A stretch of 64,000 nt of DNA from a virus: IMG/VR virus record IMGVR_UViG_3300034032_000013, positions 1-64,000 of that record, one strand, 5' to 3'. The notes beneath the pieces were generated by a model that was not told where the DNA came from, ran no database searches, and saw only the letters and a list, made by a program, of their open reading frames with translations. Position numbers and translations under genes: made by a program. Positions 31,301 through 42,400 of this stretch are shown here, piece by piece (within the stretch, counting starts at the first letter, position 1; each line of letters opens with the position of its first letter).

Positions 31301-32873
31301 AATGCGGAAAGCTATTATTGATGCATTAGCTAATGGTCAATCAATTAGTGAATTATCTACTAATATAGTTAAACAGTTTCCAGGTCAACTAAAAGTACAA
31401 CCAAATACTCAACAAGAAGATGGTTCTATGAAAACTCCAGAAAACAGTATTAGAGACCTTCAATTTTTTAAAGGGATGTCTGAGATGGAAGTTATGAAAG
31501 AGTTGACCAAAAGAGCTTATTTTGTTGATTATGATGGTATATTAACTAATGTAGTTAATCGTAAAGATAAAAAAGAGACTAAATCTGCTCATAAAGGTAA
31601 AGGTGAAGTATTTATATTTATTCCACAAAATAATGGTGAAGATTTCCCATTAAAACTCAACTTTAAAAGAATGGACTATGATAAAGCTGAAGCTGTTTAT
31701 GAAGTTGTTAAAGCTTTAAGTACTGTTGCTAAAACCATAGATAATCCTAATAGAGGTTCTATGTTAATGACAGAGTTCTTAGATACACTTCAAGACGATA
31801 TTAAAGATAAATTAATGTTTGCTATTGGTGATGAAATTGATTTAGTTAATAATATGGAGTCTAATGAAGCTGAAAAGACTATAGATAAACTGTTAGATAT
31901 ACTTGTATTTCAAAAGAGTAAAAATAAATTTACTAAGTTTGAATTAGATGAATTTGGTAATTTAAATTTAGGTTCATTATCAGGATTAAACAGAGTTACT
32001 AAAGATGAACTATTAAATGATATTCATAAAGAATCTATCATTAATTTCTTATCTCGAAAACGACATAATGTTCTTATTACTAAAGATGATAAGTTTACTT
32101 TTAATAATCCTAATTATGTTAGTTATCTTTTAAATAATAATATCATCAATACGAATGCAGTAGTCAATGAACCAACTTTTCAAGGTTATTCTACTATATA
32201 TGTTAATAGAGATATTCAAGGTGTTAAACCTAAATTGAAAGTTCCTGAAGTAAGCATTCAACAACCTGTTTCAACTACTAATAATAAAGTACAAGAAATA
32301 AAAAACTTGGAAAAATCTATTGAAGGTAGAATGATTTTTAAAGCTAGTGAAGTTCCTAATGAGTTAGTAGAAATCTTACAATATGTATATGAAGATATTA
32401 GTCTTACCAAAGAAAATTATCCTAGTAAATTATATAACGATGGTGCTATGGGTATGGATATGCTCACTAGACCTGACGTAACAGGATTTTTACAAGAGTT
32501 GAGAAGTACTCCTACATATAAAGCAAGAATGAAAGAAGAAGTTATTAAACCTCGTAAAGTTGGTAAAGTAGGATTACCTGTTGAGGATGTAGCTGATTTT
32601 TCTGGTACTAATTTAGTAAATTTATTTGGTGAACCAGAAGCTCCTAAAACTGTTCAAGATATTAAGGTGGATACTACATTCAATTTTGATAAACTCGATA
32701 GTACAAAACAAACAATACTCATTAAGAAACTTACTAAAACTTTAAATGTAACTTTAGATAATTCTACAAGAGATTTAATAGCTACTAATAAAAAAGCTGT
32801 CTTTGATATATTAATAAATAAGGCTAAAGCTAAGAATGAGAATATTGACAACTTAATAAAAAGATGTAGCTAA
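28317..32873 (+). CDS. giant virion protein (cargo/ejection-protein candidate)
   Basis: 1518 aa. The N-terminal third has several Gly/Ala-rich hydrophobic segments (GYIASMFAPGAAIKALGVG, KAMFLGAFLGGGMAAYHGY). The centre is a long charged coiled coil. Confidence 0.4.
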   Translation: MEEEELQGSSPTNNTSPINNTPPKQSFTQLARTVGTTPNEFSKLAKAYSNNLHYNTGFGKSKYDEGFNFDAQLDENDPLASVNEHRANNQSWATKSAAGIARIGVKAVSEIAKMPGYVGGAIMAIDAKEGEGFETAFNNKFIQAINGFNEEVNTELLPVYVKKAVSEGNLWDNISSIDFWATEGADGIGYIASMFAPGAAIKALGVGHKAMGITAKGLSMVNGEAKLNGAVRALSNLGITANRFDVAATAMANTLFESGAEAGSAMQALDEQKDSIIAKWLSEGMTPEQAEAQFTEQKGLLGRDIFTSNMGILLVPNLIQSKMIWGKGAPKALTVGDATVKNTAKNAIGRIAGATASEGFIEEAGQSTVEHMFSEKAKRGQLNKSGITDDFNIGELADSYLDTISSTEGQKAMFLGAFLGGGMAAYHGYKGDKAERNQTNEVLAKSKEQVDNFNKIIESDIYKRDADNKIIFDANNKPELDAVKVVEVARALKATEEDNAKFEEAALNGDYETVSELKDKAITQLIRPYATQGEMGIQALRQHLEETSKAEEIKGLVKPEEVKQTIDKAVAQASYMQKQYEAYQDFSRELINIQHPNAKPEDVESFYNHLADTFLTLKGIEYQQKGKLTELQKQKDILLADIGTEMIRTDVIIDEESFDDAFRYEHITDPRAKLLNDKIDKAKSNIKDIDKFINNDVWNSEKVNESFANIVEERNDIRSQEQKTEEINTEIESIQQINDIAELDKVKIDNPHIAEVIAKRREILLEVERLKKEALDEENRKIAEEALNTPTEVEVPTENAEVNSDINLDGNPEVNPEEDTPVQNNENLTEKDVDSEISKLQPGAKVISYNRVIKNVFNFITDSFIAYERNGKDKSNDKVEFRINNLIKNIESDKKKELQQVEDSWKEDVDDKGYPNSSLQPLLKVVEDRYAKQLSSLNKDWIKAVELVDNKDFTDMQFLYDNLPINVQINNVYAPIETKPASVSAQKIFEAETLPMRKAIIDALANGQSISELSTNIVKQFPGQLKVQPNTQQEDGSMKTPENSIRDLQFFKGMSEMEVMKELTKRAYFVDYDGILTNVVNRKDKKETKSAHKGKGEVFIFIPQNNGEDFPLKLNFKRMDYDKAEAVYEVVKALSTVAKTIDNPNRGSMLMTEFLDTLQDDIKDKLMFAIGDEIDLVNNMESNEAEKTIDKLLDILVFQKSKNKFTKFELDEFGNLNLGSLSGLNRVTKDELLNDIHKESIINFLSRKRHNVLITKDDKFTFNNPNYVSYLLNNNIINTNAVVNEPTFQGYSTIYVNRDIQGVKPKLKVPEVSIQQPVSTTNNKVQEIKNLEKSIEGRMIFKASEVPNELVEILQYVYEDISLTKENYPSKLYNDGAMGMDMLTRPDVTGFLQELRSTPTYKARMKEEVIKPRKVGKVGLPVEDVADFSGTNLVNLFGEPEAPKTVQDIKVDTTFNFDKLDSTKQTILIKKLTKTLNVTLDNSTRDLIATNKKAVFDILINKAKAKNENIDNLIKRCS

Positions 32874-32897
32874 TTTGCATATGTTAAATAAATTACG

Positions 32898-32905
32898 TAT
32901 CTTTG
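32898..32905 (+). promoter_or_regulatory. Bacteroidota-type -7 promoter box (TAtcTTTG)
   Basis: TAnnTTTG 18 nt upstream of ATG 32924. The same tatctttgtaa core occurs at 17370. Confidence 0.4.
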
Positions 32906-32923
32906 TAAACTTAAATAATAAAA

Positions 32924-35900
32924 ATGGCTTGTAAAAGACAAACAAAAACAAATAGTGCTGATTCAATACTATTTAATACTATTTATGAAAACTTAGCTGA
33001 CCAAAATGAATTGAAAGCTGATGAATTATATAGTTATTTTCATAGTGAAGATTTCATTGAACAATTTGGCAATTATATCCAAGATAGAACGAATGAAACT
33101 ATTCTTGATAGAGTAGATGAAAATGGTGAACCTAAACTTGATTATGATGGTATAGCTAAGAAATATTATTTTGTTGATAAAACTGGAGAGAAAATCTTTT
33201 ACCCTCTTATTAAGAGAGGGTTAAGGTCTCTCTTTGATTATAAACAAATAGAAGCTATAACATCTCAACTTGCTTTAAGCTATTTTAAGACTAATACTAA
33301 CTACGATTTTAATAATATTGATTTCGAGACTGGACAGGAACTTCCTAATCTTACTGAATTTCTTAAACAAAAAATTAAATCTAAGGTTGACGAACTTTCA
33401 CAAACAGGTGATGATAAAGATTTATTTAACTCTATGGATTTAGAGGAAAGTTTAGAACATATTGAAGAATGGAAAGATAATGTAGATGTCTTCTTTAAAA
33501 AGATAGGTCTTAAAAGAAATGATAATGTAGAGGATGAATCTTCCGAGTCTATTGAAGAAATTGAAGAAGATTCTAAAGACCCTGCATTTAATAAAGCATC
33601 ATTTGAAAGAGATACAAAAGATTCTATTTCAACTAATATGAAATTGCGTTTATCTTTACTTACAGATAATAACACAAAAGATACTATTTGGAATGAACCA
33701 CAGTTTGTTAAATTTGATGATATATATTCAACTTTACTTACTGTTTTATCAGACCAAGTTACTATAGGTAATGAAGATATATTTGAAATATATAAACAAG
33801 AGTTGGTAAGAGTGGCTTCTAAGAAACCATTTTTTGACCAACTTGTGTCATTTGTGAATGAACCATCTTTTTCTGAAAATGAAAAAAATGAATTTACTCA
33901 AGCATTTAGATTACATAAAAATAACTTTCTTGTAACTGAATTAAAAAATGATTTTGTTGAAAGTTATGATGAAAATTATCAGATTATTAAATCTGAAGTA
34001 TTTAATCACGTAGTTAAAACAGTATCTAATTCGGGTAATAGAAGTTCAAGATTAATGTCTGATTGGGGTAATAATTTTAAAGCATTATATCAAAATCAAG
34101 ATGGTAGCTTTAAGAAAGATATTTCTGAAAAAATTACTATCATTCAAAGTCAATTAGATGAACTTAATAAGTCATTTAATAATAAATCAACTACACAGGA
34201 CTTTGAATCTGCTGTAAATGAATATGTTCAGATACTTAATAAATTAGGAGTAGAAACTACTGAACTAGGATTTACGCATTATCTTGATTCAGATGGTAGA
34301 AATATTTTTAATCATCAACAACAAATAGTTAGATTAAGTTCTGCAATTGTTAATACTTTAGATGCTGTTAAAAAAATTAAAACTTGGAGTAAAAGAGAAG
34401 TTAATGAGGATAGACTTGACGATAAAGATAATAACGCTAACATATTTATTTCTACTAGACAAAATATCTTTAAACAAATTGCTAATTCTGAAGCTTTCTT
34501 TTTAGGTGAAGGTTCTGATGCTAGTATACATTCGGGTGGTAAAACTAAATGGTTATATTCATATCCATCTTATCTATCTACCAAGATACTTCAGTGGAAG
34601 AAAGATAGAAATACATTATTGGATTTGTATAACAAGTCGGCTTATAATCAAGGTTCTCATTTAATGAAATGGTTACTTGCTAAAGAATTATCTCGAATTG
34701 ATGAAGAAACTGTATCCAAAGAAAGAATTAACTCATTCGAGATGGGTATATTTTCTAACTTACAGGAAGTTGGTGGAGAATCTAAAGCTGGTAGTGAAAT
34801 TTCATTTAATGATTATTTCTTAGACCACGTTAATAAAGTTTTAACGAATGGTTATGTAAGAACTACAACTCCTGCTGATAAGAGTACAGATATTCAATTA
34901 AAAACTGGATTTTTTGAAAATTCGTTTTCTGGATTTAGTAATAATCAAATTCAACTTACAGAATCTACACAAAAGATATTCTTTGAATATTTTAATTCTG
35001 AGTTCAATAGAATGAAAGAAGCTTATAAAGAAATTCAAGCTTATAGGAATAATCCATCTAAATTAACCATTCATTACCACTTTAAAAAAGGTAGTTTTCT
35101 TTATAATGAAGATGGTTCAATTAATCCAAAAGCATTAGGTAATGCATTTAAGTCACAATACTTCCCTAATTTATCATTTGATTCAAAAACAACTAATCCA
35201 TTAGCTATTCAAATTAAGTCATTACTTTATACTAATAGTATACCTAATGAATTTGCAGGAGCTGATTTACGTAATAATCCAAAAGGTGAATTAGATGATA
35301 AAGCTGTTGGTATTAAAACATTAATACAGCAGTATATTAATATAGAATTATCTAATGGTATTATTGAAACAGGTGCAACATTTAGAGCTCAAGGTATATA
35401 TGATATAGCTGAAGATGGTAAAACTATAAATAAGTTAATTAATACCGAAACTTTTAATAAGTACGTAACTAATAAACCTTTAGCAGCTGCTTCAGATTTC
35501 TATATTAATAGTCTTATTCAAAATATTGAATATTCTAAAATGTTTACAGGTGATGTAGCATTTTATAAAGATATGATTGATTATAAGAAACGTGTACCTG
35601 CTACTTATACTGATGGTTTACAATTAAGACTTAAACCAGGTGAAGAAACTTTCAATGTTGCTACAATTAGTAGTGTTGAAATACCATCACCTTTTATGAA
35701 TGAGTTACGTGAAATGATTGGAGATGGAGCTAATGCATATTCTAACATCAACTCTGCTGATGCTCAGGCTTGGATTACTCCTAAACGTTGGAAATTTTTA
35801 GTTGAAAGATTAGGTAAATGGACTCCTGTTCATAATACTCTATATTCTAAGATGATTTCTGATGTTGCTGAACAATACACTGAAGAAGAACTTAAAATTG

Positions 35901-38900
35901 CTGCTCAACCACTTAAAGGTGTATATTTTGATATTAATGGTAAGACTCCTTCATATCTTAAATATTCTCAAGCTGTACTTACTAAGAATTTAGTTAAAGG
36001 TACTGATTTACAAAGAATGTATGATAAAATGGTAGCTCAGGATATTGATGAAGTTATTACTTTAGATGGTTTTAAAGTTGGTTCATCTACTCCTACTACA
36101 ATTCATAACGAAGATGGTACAATTAAAGATGATTTTGATTTTAATATCATTCCGTTATTCAATAGTGGATGGAAACTTCAACAAGATTTACCTACTAAAA
36201 CATTTAAAGAAACTGAAGTAGGTTCTCAAATTCAAAAGAATATCTTTGGTGGTCTTAAATTTAATAGAGATGCTACGTTTATATTAGATGGTCAAGACGT
36301 AACTGGTCAAAATATTATTGATGAAATTACTCAGGTTACAAAATCATTATCAGATATGGGTATGGATTCTTTGAAAAAAGAATTTAATATTGATAATAAT
36401 GGTAAGATTAAAAATGTAAGAGGATTTTACAATTCACTTATATCCGAACTTGAAAAAAGAGGTGGTTCTAAGAATGTTATTGATGCTTTAAAGAAAGAAA
36501 TTACTTTATATGGTGTACCACAAGCTGGTACTAAAATCATAAATGTATTTTCATCTATAATGAACAAACGATTAGTTAAAATTAAGACTAATGGTGGTTC
36601 ATTTATTCAAATGAGTAACTTTGGTCTTAATAAACAAGAAGGTGATAACAGAGGTGTTTTATGGTCTCCTGATGCATTTGATACTACTAATGAACCAACA
36701 CGCTATGTTGATGAAAATGGTAAAGTCAGAATTAGACCAGGTGGTATATTATTATCAGGTAGTTTCATAGCTAAATATATTCCTAATTATAGAGATTATA
36801 CTTCAGAACAATTATTTAATGAAATAATTGATAAAAGAATAACTGAAAATCTAATTGGTTATCGTATTCCTAACCAAGGTTTAGCATCAAATGATGCTTT
36901 ACGTGTTGTAGGTATACTTCCTGAAGAAAATGGTGATACTGTTGTAGCTTATACAGGTATTACTACTAAGACAGGTTCCGATTTTGATATTGATAAAATG
37001 TATTTAATGTTTCCATCATTTACATTACAAAGAACTCAAGAATTTAAAGATGGTAAGTTAGTGTATATAACTGGTAATTCAAAAGAAGGTTTACAAAATA
37101 GACTTATTGAACTTTATCAATCAGTACTTACACATCCTGAAGTTATTAAAGATGTAATGAAACCTATTGATATTGATTTTATAAAGAATTATATCAATCA
37201 TTTACTACCATCTGAAACTAAAGGTACATTAGGTCATTTCAATTCTTATAATGACATAAAACTTCTATATGATTTTAGAGGTGGTAAAGCAGGGGTTGGT
37301 CAGGAAGCTAATGCTGTAGTTGATATTAACCGTCTAGGTCAATTAAGTTTAAATCAAACTTATATTGATTGGGGTCATATGAATGATAGAAGTGAAACTA
37401 TCTTTGATGAAGAATATTCAGTTCCTTTAAGTAAAGCTGATATTGAATACTTTGTTGAAGATATGGAAAAATTCTATAAGTCACAAGGTATGAAATTCGA
37501 TAAACAAGGTTTAATCGAAGAAGTATCTAAAGTTAGAATTGGTGATTCATTAACAGCTATTTTGAATGCATTTGTGGATATTGCAAAAGACCCTTATATT
37601 ACTAGAGGTAACTGGGTAACATCTACAACTAATACAGGTAACTTAATGTTACGTGCAGGAATGCATCCATTATATGTTACTGCATTTATGGCTCAACCTG
37701 TTATTAGAGATTATATTGATTATCAAACAAGTAAAGAATCTATTATTGGTAATAATAGTGGTAATATGAAATTTAAGTTTAAGCAGGATATTGTAATGGA
37801 TAATCTTAAAGATAAAGTTATTGAATATACTACTGATAAAGGTATTGTTACTAGACCCCTTGCACTTATATATAAGTCTTTAATACGTACTGAAAAAGTT
37901 GACCCTTCTACTAAATTAGATGAACAAACAGTAGCTAAGAACTTAGGTTTAAAAAATCCTACAGATGAAGATTTGATAAAAATTAATAAAGCTATTAATA
38001 CTATTATTAAGGAACACGATACTACTTTTAAACTTCAGAACTTTAATTGGTCGAGAGTTACTTTAAAAGATTTTCGTGACCAAATTAAAGATAAAAAAGA
38101 TGGTCCTTTTCAAATGGCTGTCTTTAATAAATTTCAGGAGTTACAGGAGTATAGCAAAGCAATGCGTGAAAATATTAATGTATCCAAATCAGATACATCT
38201 GGTATGGGTAAAAATATTAGTACTGTATACGCTACTGCAAACCAGAAACAATATATATTAGATAAAGAAGTTGGTGCTGAAATGGGTGTCCTTAATGGAT
38301 TTGGAAGTAAATTTGATAATACTGTTTTATCTGCATATTATAATAATGTTATTAATGAAACTATTAAACTTATAACAGCTAATGCTGATTTGTTTCCACA
38401 AGGTACACATCAGGTTCAAAATATGTTTAATGAAGTATCACAAGATTTATATGGTACACCAGCATTTGATACTAAACTAATGACAATCCTTGAAAGAGAA
38501 TACTATAGTTATGCTATGGCTAACTTTTTTGATATTAGTTCTGAAGAATCTATTGATTTAATTACTAAATTACCAAATGAATTTCAAGCATTTAGAAAAG
38601 CTAATCGCCATAAGTATTTAATATTAGATGAATTGGAAATTAAACAAGGTGATAGTCGTATTAAGAAATTTATCAGTTTGAATAATAGAAAGAAATCTCC
38701 TGATTTTGAAGATAGGTTTACAGACTCTTGGAGAGATTTAAGAATTGATAACCCTGAACTAGCTAATAAATTAATTAGGTACTCCTTCCTAACTTCTGGG
38801 TTTAAAATTAACTCTAATCAGTTTTTTACATATATTCCTAATGAATATTTTGTTGAAAATAATATTAATAGATTTATTAAATCTTTCGTTAATACTAATC

Positions 38901-39490
38901 AACAAGATTTCTTGGATAAATTCTATCTAAATAATTACACTGATAAGAAATTTGTACCTAACGTATTTCCTACCCAAAGTATATCATTGGAAAATACTAA
39001 GTTAGAAAATGGTAAGACTTCAAGTAATTTTAGAAGTGGATTTATTATGAATGAACCTGGTAAAGCTAGATATTATACAACTCATTTCTCTAATAAGATG
39101 ATTTATAAATTAGAAGGTTATGATTCTGAAGGTAGAGGTGTATATACTAGAGTTAATCCTTATGGTTATAAAGCAGGAACTAATTACATCAGCGAATATG
39201 GTAATCAATACACAGATAAATTATTTGAAGGTAGAGGTAAACTAGATGTTATTCCTGAACACGTTCAACAACTTAAAAATATGGTAGAAACTTATAGAAG
39301 ATATTCTGAACCATTTGAATTATCATTAGAAGATAATTCTACTAATGATGTTGTAGAAAATCTTTGGAATGAATATAAAGATAATATATTATCAGTTAAT
39401 CCTGATACTACATTAGAAACTTTAAAACAAATGGAAGAAGAATTCGGTACTAAAGAAACTATCGAATTTATAAAAAAATGTAAAGGCTAA
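32924..39490 (+). CDS. virion-packaged RNA polymerase of crAss-like phages (phi14:2 gp66-like)
   Basis: 2188 aa single ORF. It carries the metal-binding DxDxD signature as GSDFDIDKMYLMFPSF (D1353-F-D-I-D1357, nt 36980-36994). Size, motif context and the flanking giant genes match the crAss-like vRNAP. Confidence 0.75.
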   Translation: MACKRQTKTNSADSILFNTIYENLADQNELKADELYSYFHSEDFIEQFGNYIQDRTNETILDRVDENGEPKLDYDGIAKKYYFVDKTGEKIFYPLIKRGLRSLFDYKQIEAITSQLALSYFKTNTNYDFNNIDFETGQELPNLTEFLKQKIKSKVDELSQTGDDKDLFNSMDLEESLEHIEEWKDNVDVFFKKIGLKRNDNVEDESSESIEEIEEDSKDPAFNKASFERDTKDSISTNMKLRLSLLTDNNTKDTIWNEPQFVKFDDIYSTLLTVLSDQVTIGNEDIFEIYKQELVRVASKKPFFDQLVSFVNEPSFSENEKNEFTQAFRLHKNNFLVTELKNDFVESYDENYQIIKSEVFNHVVKTVSNSGNRSSRLMSDWGNNFKALYQNQDGSFKKDISEKITIIQSQLDELNKSFNNKSTTQDFESAVNEYVQILNKLGVETTELGFTHYLDSDGRNIFNHQQQIVRLSSAIVNTLDAVKKIKTWSKREVNEDRLDDKDNNANIFISTRQNIFKQIANSEAFFLGEGSDASIHSGGKTKWLYSYPSYLSTKILQWKKDRNTLLDLYNKSAYNQGSHLMKWLLAKELSRIDEETVSKERINSFEMGIFSNLQEVGGESKAGSEISFNDYFLDHVNKVLTNGYVRTTTPADKSTDIQLKTGFFENSFSGFSNNQIQLTESTQKIFFEYFNSEFNRMKEAYKEIQAYRNNPSKLTIHYHFKKGSFLYNEDGSINPKALGNAFKSQYFPNLSFDSKTTNPLAIQIKSLLYTNSIPNEFAGADLRNNPKGELDDKAVGIKTLIQQYINIELSNGIIETGATFRAQGIYDIAEDGKTINKLINTETFNKYVTNKPLAAASDFYINSLIQNIEYSKMFTGDVAFYKDMIDYKKRVPATYTDGLQLRLKPGEETFNVATISSVEIPSPFMNELREMIGDGANAYSNINSADAQAWITPKRWKFLVERLGKWTPVHNTLYSKMISDVAEQYTEEELKIAAQPLKGVYFDINGKTPSYLKYSQAVLTKNLVKGTDLQRMYDKMVAQDIDEVITLDGFKVGSSTPTTIHNEDGTIKDDFDFNIIPLFNSGWKLQQDLPTKTFKETEVGSQIQKNIFGGLKFNRDATFILDGQDVTGQNIIDEITQVTKSLSDMGMDSLKKEFNIDNNGKIKNVRGFYNSLISELEKRGGSKNVIDALKKEITLYGVPQAGTKIINVFSSIMNKRLVKIKTNGGSFIQMSNFGLNKQEGDNRGVLWSPDAFDTTNEPTRYVDENGKVRIRPGGILLSGSFIAKYIPNYRDYTSEQLFNEIIDKRITENLIGYRIPNQGLASNDALRVVGILPEENGDTVVAYTGITTKTGSDFDIDKMYLMFPSFTLQRTQEFKDGKLVYITGNSKEGLQNRLIELYQSVLTHPEVIKDVMKPIDIDFIKNYINHLLPSETKGTLGHFNSYNDIKLLYDFRGGKAGVGQEANAVVDINRLGQLSLNQTYIDWGHMNDRSETIFDEEYSVPLSKADIEYFVEDMEKFYKSQGMKFDKQGLIEEVSKVRIGDSLTAILNAFVDIAKDPYITRGNWVTSTTNTGNLMLRAGMHPLYVTAFMAQPVIRDYIDYQTSKESIIGNNSGNMKFKFKQDIVMDNLKDKVIEYTTDKGIVTRPLALIYKSLIRTEKVDPSTKLDEQTVAKNLGLKNPTDEDLIKINKAINTIIKEHDTTFKLQNFNWSRVTLKDFRDQIKDKKDGPFQMAVFNKFQELQEYSKAMRENINVSKSDTSGMGKNISTVYATANQKQYILDKEVGAEMGVLNGFGSKFDNTVLSAYYNNVINETIKLITANADLFPQGTHQVQNMFNEVSQDLYGTPAFDTKLMTILEREYYSYAMANFFDISSEESIDLITKLPNEFQAFRKANRHKYLILDELEIKQGDSRIKKFISLNNRKKSPDFEDRFTDSWRDLRIDNPELANKLIRYSFLTSGFKINSNQFFTYIPNEYFVENNINRFIKSFVNTNQQDFLDKFYLNNYTDKKFVPNVFPTQSISLENTKLENGKTSSNFRSGFIMNEPGKARYYTTHFSNKMIYKLEGYDSEGRGVYTRVNPYGYKAGTNYISEYGNQYTDKLFEGRGKLDVIPEHVQQLKNMVETYRRYSEPFELSLEDNSTNDVVENLWNEYKDNILSVNPDTTLETLKQMEEEFGTKETIEFIKKCKG

Positions 39491-42400
39491 TGAATTGTAT
39501 AAATAAAAATACACAAGAATTTAAAACGTTGTTGGAAGCTACTAAGCTTCCTTCAATTGTTTTAGAAATGAGAATAAGTAAATGGCAGGAAAATAATGGA
39601 TTAGATAGTTATCCTAGTACAGAAGATATACAACATCCTAGTGAAGTCAATTTTACTTTGAAAGCTGTTAATATATTAACTTCTGATAAAGGTAAAGAAA
39701 TCTTTGAAAAAGGTAAGAAAGCTGGTTGGGATTTGAATAAAATTCTTACTGAACTACAAGTACCTAAAGAACAGAAACAACTTCTATTAGATTTAAGTAT
39801 TACTGATAGAGAACAACTTGCTGTAGAATTAGCTGCTACTTATAGTTATAGTGTTAACATTAATACTACTCAAAAATTTGATTTAGAACCTGGTCAAGAA
39901 CCTGATATTGATTATGAAATAATAGAAGATGAGGATGGGATGCCAATTGAAATGAGACCTTTTTCAACTACACCTATAGTCAATACTAAATACTATTCAA
40001 ATCTAACAGTTCCAGGTGGTACTAACTACACGGAACAGGAAATATCTACTCCACTAATTACTCCTTCTATTAAAGGTCACGCTCAATTTGCTACTGATAA
40101 AGGAATTGGATGGTTCAGAAGTGATGAACAAGCTGGTGAAAAGATTGGACCTGGTTATGAAAATGGATTAATGGATGAAAATGGAAAGATTATAAATTCT
40201 TCTGTTTATAAAAATATTGATTCTAAAACTCGTAGAATACTTGAAGTACAATCTGATTTATTTCAAAAAGGTAGAGATAAGGTTAATTTAGTTGGGTTAA
40301 AATCTGATTTGAATTCACAAGAAGAAGATTCTTTCCAAAGACATTTATTAGAAACTGGACAAATCACACAAGAAGAATTTAATAATCCACCTATTATAGA
40401 ATCTTTATTTAAAGAAAATCAGTTTTTACAACTTTTAAATAAAGATTCTAATTGGGTTACATTCTTTATTAAATCTATTATTCAAGATTCTGCTAAGAAA
40501 GGTTATGAGAAAGTTCTATTTCCGTCTGGTAATACTGCTAGTAAAGTTGAAGGTCATGAAACATTAGAAAACTTTGTTGAACAAAAACAAAGTAGAATAA
40601 ATTATCTTGAAGAAAAGAAAAAAGGTGAAATTGAATGGGTAGTTGAAGAAGCTGGTGGTGAAGAATATAAATTTAGTACAGAAAATGATGCTAATAATTT
40701 TTTAAATAGTAAAGAATTTAGTGAGGAATTCTCGAAACCTACACAATATACCAAGAGTGGTGAATATTTAGGTGATATTGATAGAGAAATAAATCAACTA
40801 ACTCAAGAAATTAAAAATGTAAGAACTGATGGTTTATCTGCTTTAAAACCTATTTACGATTTTTATGAAAATAAAGTTCAAAATATAATTAAAAAACAAG
40901 GTTACAATCCTACTCGAACTACAGATGAACATGGTAATGATTGGTTTGAAATAACTATTGATAATACTCGTGATACTTCAACTATATTTGCTAAGAAAAT
41001 AGAAGATTTAATAGACCCAAATTCTGAAAATATATTCCCTAATGAGTCTAATATAAGAAGTTCTGTAATTCCTGATTATTCAGCTGAACATAGTAGAATA
41101 CTATTTAATAATAAACAAGGTAAAATTACTGTAGATGAAATATTAGAAAATATTTTAAATAACTTTAATGATTTAAGTCCAAAAGGTCGTGAATTAATTG
41201 AAAAATCTCGAAGATTAGTTGGTAGAACTGGAGCTAAATTTAAATTTATATCGGATGCTAAGTTAATTAGTAAAAATACATTAATGCAAATCGATGGTAA
41301 TACTAATACTATTGAAATTAATAGAGATAGACTTAAAAATTTTAGACCTAGTCTTGTAGTAGAATCGTTTATACATGAAGTAGTTCATGCTCAGAGTATA
41401 CAGGCTTTAATGAATCCTCAAACTTTTGAAGAAAAAGAATTTAAGAGATTGATTGACGATAAATATAGAACTTACCTTGATAGACAAGTTGATAAAGAGC
41501 TAGATAGGATTGGTAACTATCATCCAGATTTACAAAGTTATGGTTTTACGAATGAAAAAGAATTTGTAGCTGAGATATATGCTAATGCAGCATTTAGAGA
41601 AGAATTAAGACAACTTGATAAAGAAAATAATACTTCATTCTGGAAACAATTTATCGAAGCTGTAAGACGTTTATTTGGAATAGCTAAATCTACTGAAGCT
41701 AATGACCTTATTGAACAAGTTGTTGACTTTGTTGAACAGGATAGACGAGATTATCAGGGTATGAATCTTCAAAGAAAACTTATATTTGCTAAAAAAACAG
41801 TAGAAATTCCTAATTTAACTAGTCTAGCTGAAAGATTAATAAATCTTTCCAATAAAGCTAAAGATAGGATGGACCAAGCTTATAAAAGAGCTCAAAATAA
41901 TAGAGATATTAGTCCTGAGAAAAGAGCTGAAAATTTAAAAGATATTCAAACTGTAATTGATGAAATGGCATCTTTTGATGATATTAATCAATGGAAAGTT
42001 ATTACATCATATACACAATCATTAGCTGATAAAGTTAATAGTCTTAAAGTTTCTTTTGAGAAAAAAGATGTTACACACGATGGTTTGATTAAGATGATTA
42101 ATAACTATGAAGATTATTTATCATCTTATGATTTACTTCCTGGTATTCAACAATTAATTGGAGAAGCTAGACGTGAACAATTATCTGAAGAAGATTTAAA
42201 AGATGTTAATGAACTTGATAATATTATTAGAACTTTTGAAGGTAATCATTCAAGGTTATTAGTTGATTTTAAGGTTGCAAAAGAGGCTCAAAGTATTGAA
42301 ATACTTTCTGACCCTAGATTTAACACTAAAGTAGAAACTGATAATCGTATTCGTTTACAAAAAGAATATCGTGATTTAAAAATAACTGGTGAATCTATGA

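Noticed and set aside
24934-38261. Embedded or antisense ORFs within the giant late genes (24934-25317, 28937-29146, 30336-30572, 30518-30775, 32654-32851, 33301-33675, 38076-38261)
   Set aside because: All lie within uninterrupted giant ORFs. They are Ser/Leu/Ile-rich translations typical of the antisense or off-frame of AT-rich coding DNA.
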